A stretch of DNA of 64,000 nt from Priapulus caudatus. Its lineage: Eukaryota. Position 1 is the stretch's first letter; every line of letters begins with the position of its first letter. The notes beneath the pieces are model-generated. The model did no database searches. It saw only the letters and a program-made list of their open reading frames with translations, and was not told the origin of the DNA. Positions 63,037 through 64,000 of this stretch are shown here, one piece after another. The DNA lies in assembly GCF_000485595.1 (NCBI RefSeq), contig NW_014577080.1, forward strand, positions 791,064 to 855,063. The letters run 5' to 3'. A program made the position numbers and the translations under genes.

Positions 63037-64000
63037 ATAACGTAATACTTACCAGGAGTGAATGGAAACACTCTGATTTTCAGACACAACCAAATTTTCA
63101 CCCCCTGATATCACTCATATTTTCGACTTATTGTCATAGGAATAATCTGTGAGGTGTATAAAACTATTAACGCTGTGCCGGTTTCAATTTTATATGCGTT
63201 GTCATGGCAATAACGATTCTCTCTGGTTGTAATAACAATAGGCCCACCTAGTATGAGTGGTCAAGCTGTTTCTCTATGAAAGCATCTAGAAGATAACTAG
63301 GACTAGCCTGGAGTTTCATGAAGCGTGGTGGTTTTTGTATTTTATGGTAACAAGAGCCGCAGAGCGTCTGGGCTCATCTGAGGTCTGTTGCTACGATTAT
63401 AAACGTAAAATTTCAGTCGTGCGTAGTACCACATTTGTTAGGCGCAGATATGCAGACACGCAGTTGCGTACACATCATTGTTAGGACACGCCCACTATCG
63501 CAGATGGAGGTGTGGGGGAGGGGCTGGGGGAGGGTGGGGGAGAGGCAAGGGGGAGGGGGTGGGGGAGGGGAAGGGGGAGGGGTGGGGGAGGGGCTGGCTA
63601 ATAGCAAAAGCAGTTCACTCCTTGTTAACAGGTCAACCAAATCCATAGTTTAAGCCCTCCTCTTGAAGGGTGCCCAAAAAGGGTTAATGCCGACACCTTA
63701 CTCTTCGCGATCGTCAGCAGAAGGGACATTTCATGGTCCTTTCAATAAGCCATAAAAATGCTAGGTTCACACGCTGCACAACAAAAAAGTTTTTCAGATC
63801 AGCTCCGTCAGAGAATGTTCCTCAGAAAATGTCTAAAATCTTGCCCTGTGCCCATTGACACGCTTTGACGCGGACGGCACCTCCAAATTTTTTCGTGCAC
63901 AGTGATGGCTTTTCCTACCATGATGCTATACACCGACTATCACGAGCTCTAAGTCGAGCCGTTTAGATTGTGTGCCGGCAATTCTGCATTCTTCCCCGTA

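Noticed and set aside
63052..63075. Possible 20-nt Sulf micro-exon with a strong GTAAGT donor on the minus strand
   Set aside because: It lies between MITE-end copies and its peptide does not match the expected Sulf sequence.

Overview
Eukaryotic (invertebrate animal) genomic DNA with spliceosomal GT-AG genes and dense repeats. Bases 1-20.9 kb are almost all repeat. They hold three partial copies of a composite unit (44-bp satellite, CA-rich tracts, a foldback and unique sequence), an internally deleted Academ-like DNA transposon (8700-13951; TAG start, TAA TSD, XPG/FEN1-like and Cys-rich remnants), and a CAGGG-terminated TIR element that spans an N gap. A multi-exon puratrophin-1/PLEKHG4-like RhoGEF gene (Sec14 tail, spectrin-like region, DH-PH) lies on + at 21735-42502. 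A complete three-exon gustatory-receptor-like (7TM chemoreceptor) gene sits in one of its introns on the same strand. A Sulf1/Sulf2-like extracellular sulfatase gene lies on - (52432-62873, 5' part beyond the window), converging on the RhoGEF. Its probable last exon and 3' UTR fall inside a 3.7-kb tandem duplication. Local duplications repeatedly copy splice junctions, giving arrays of decoy acceptors and donors. Parts of 3-20 kb show indel noise typical of unpolished long reads. All family assignments come from manual translation and motif recognition, not database searches. I do not claim a proven new system.
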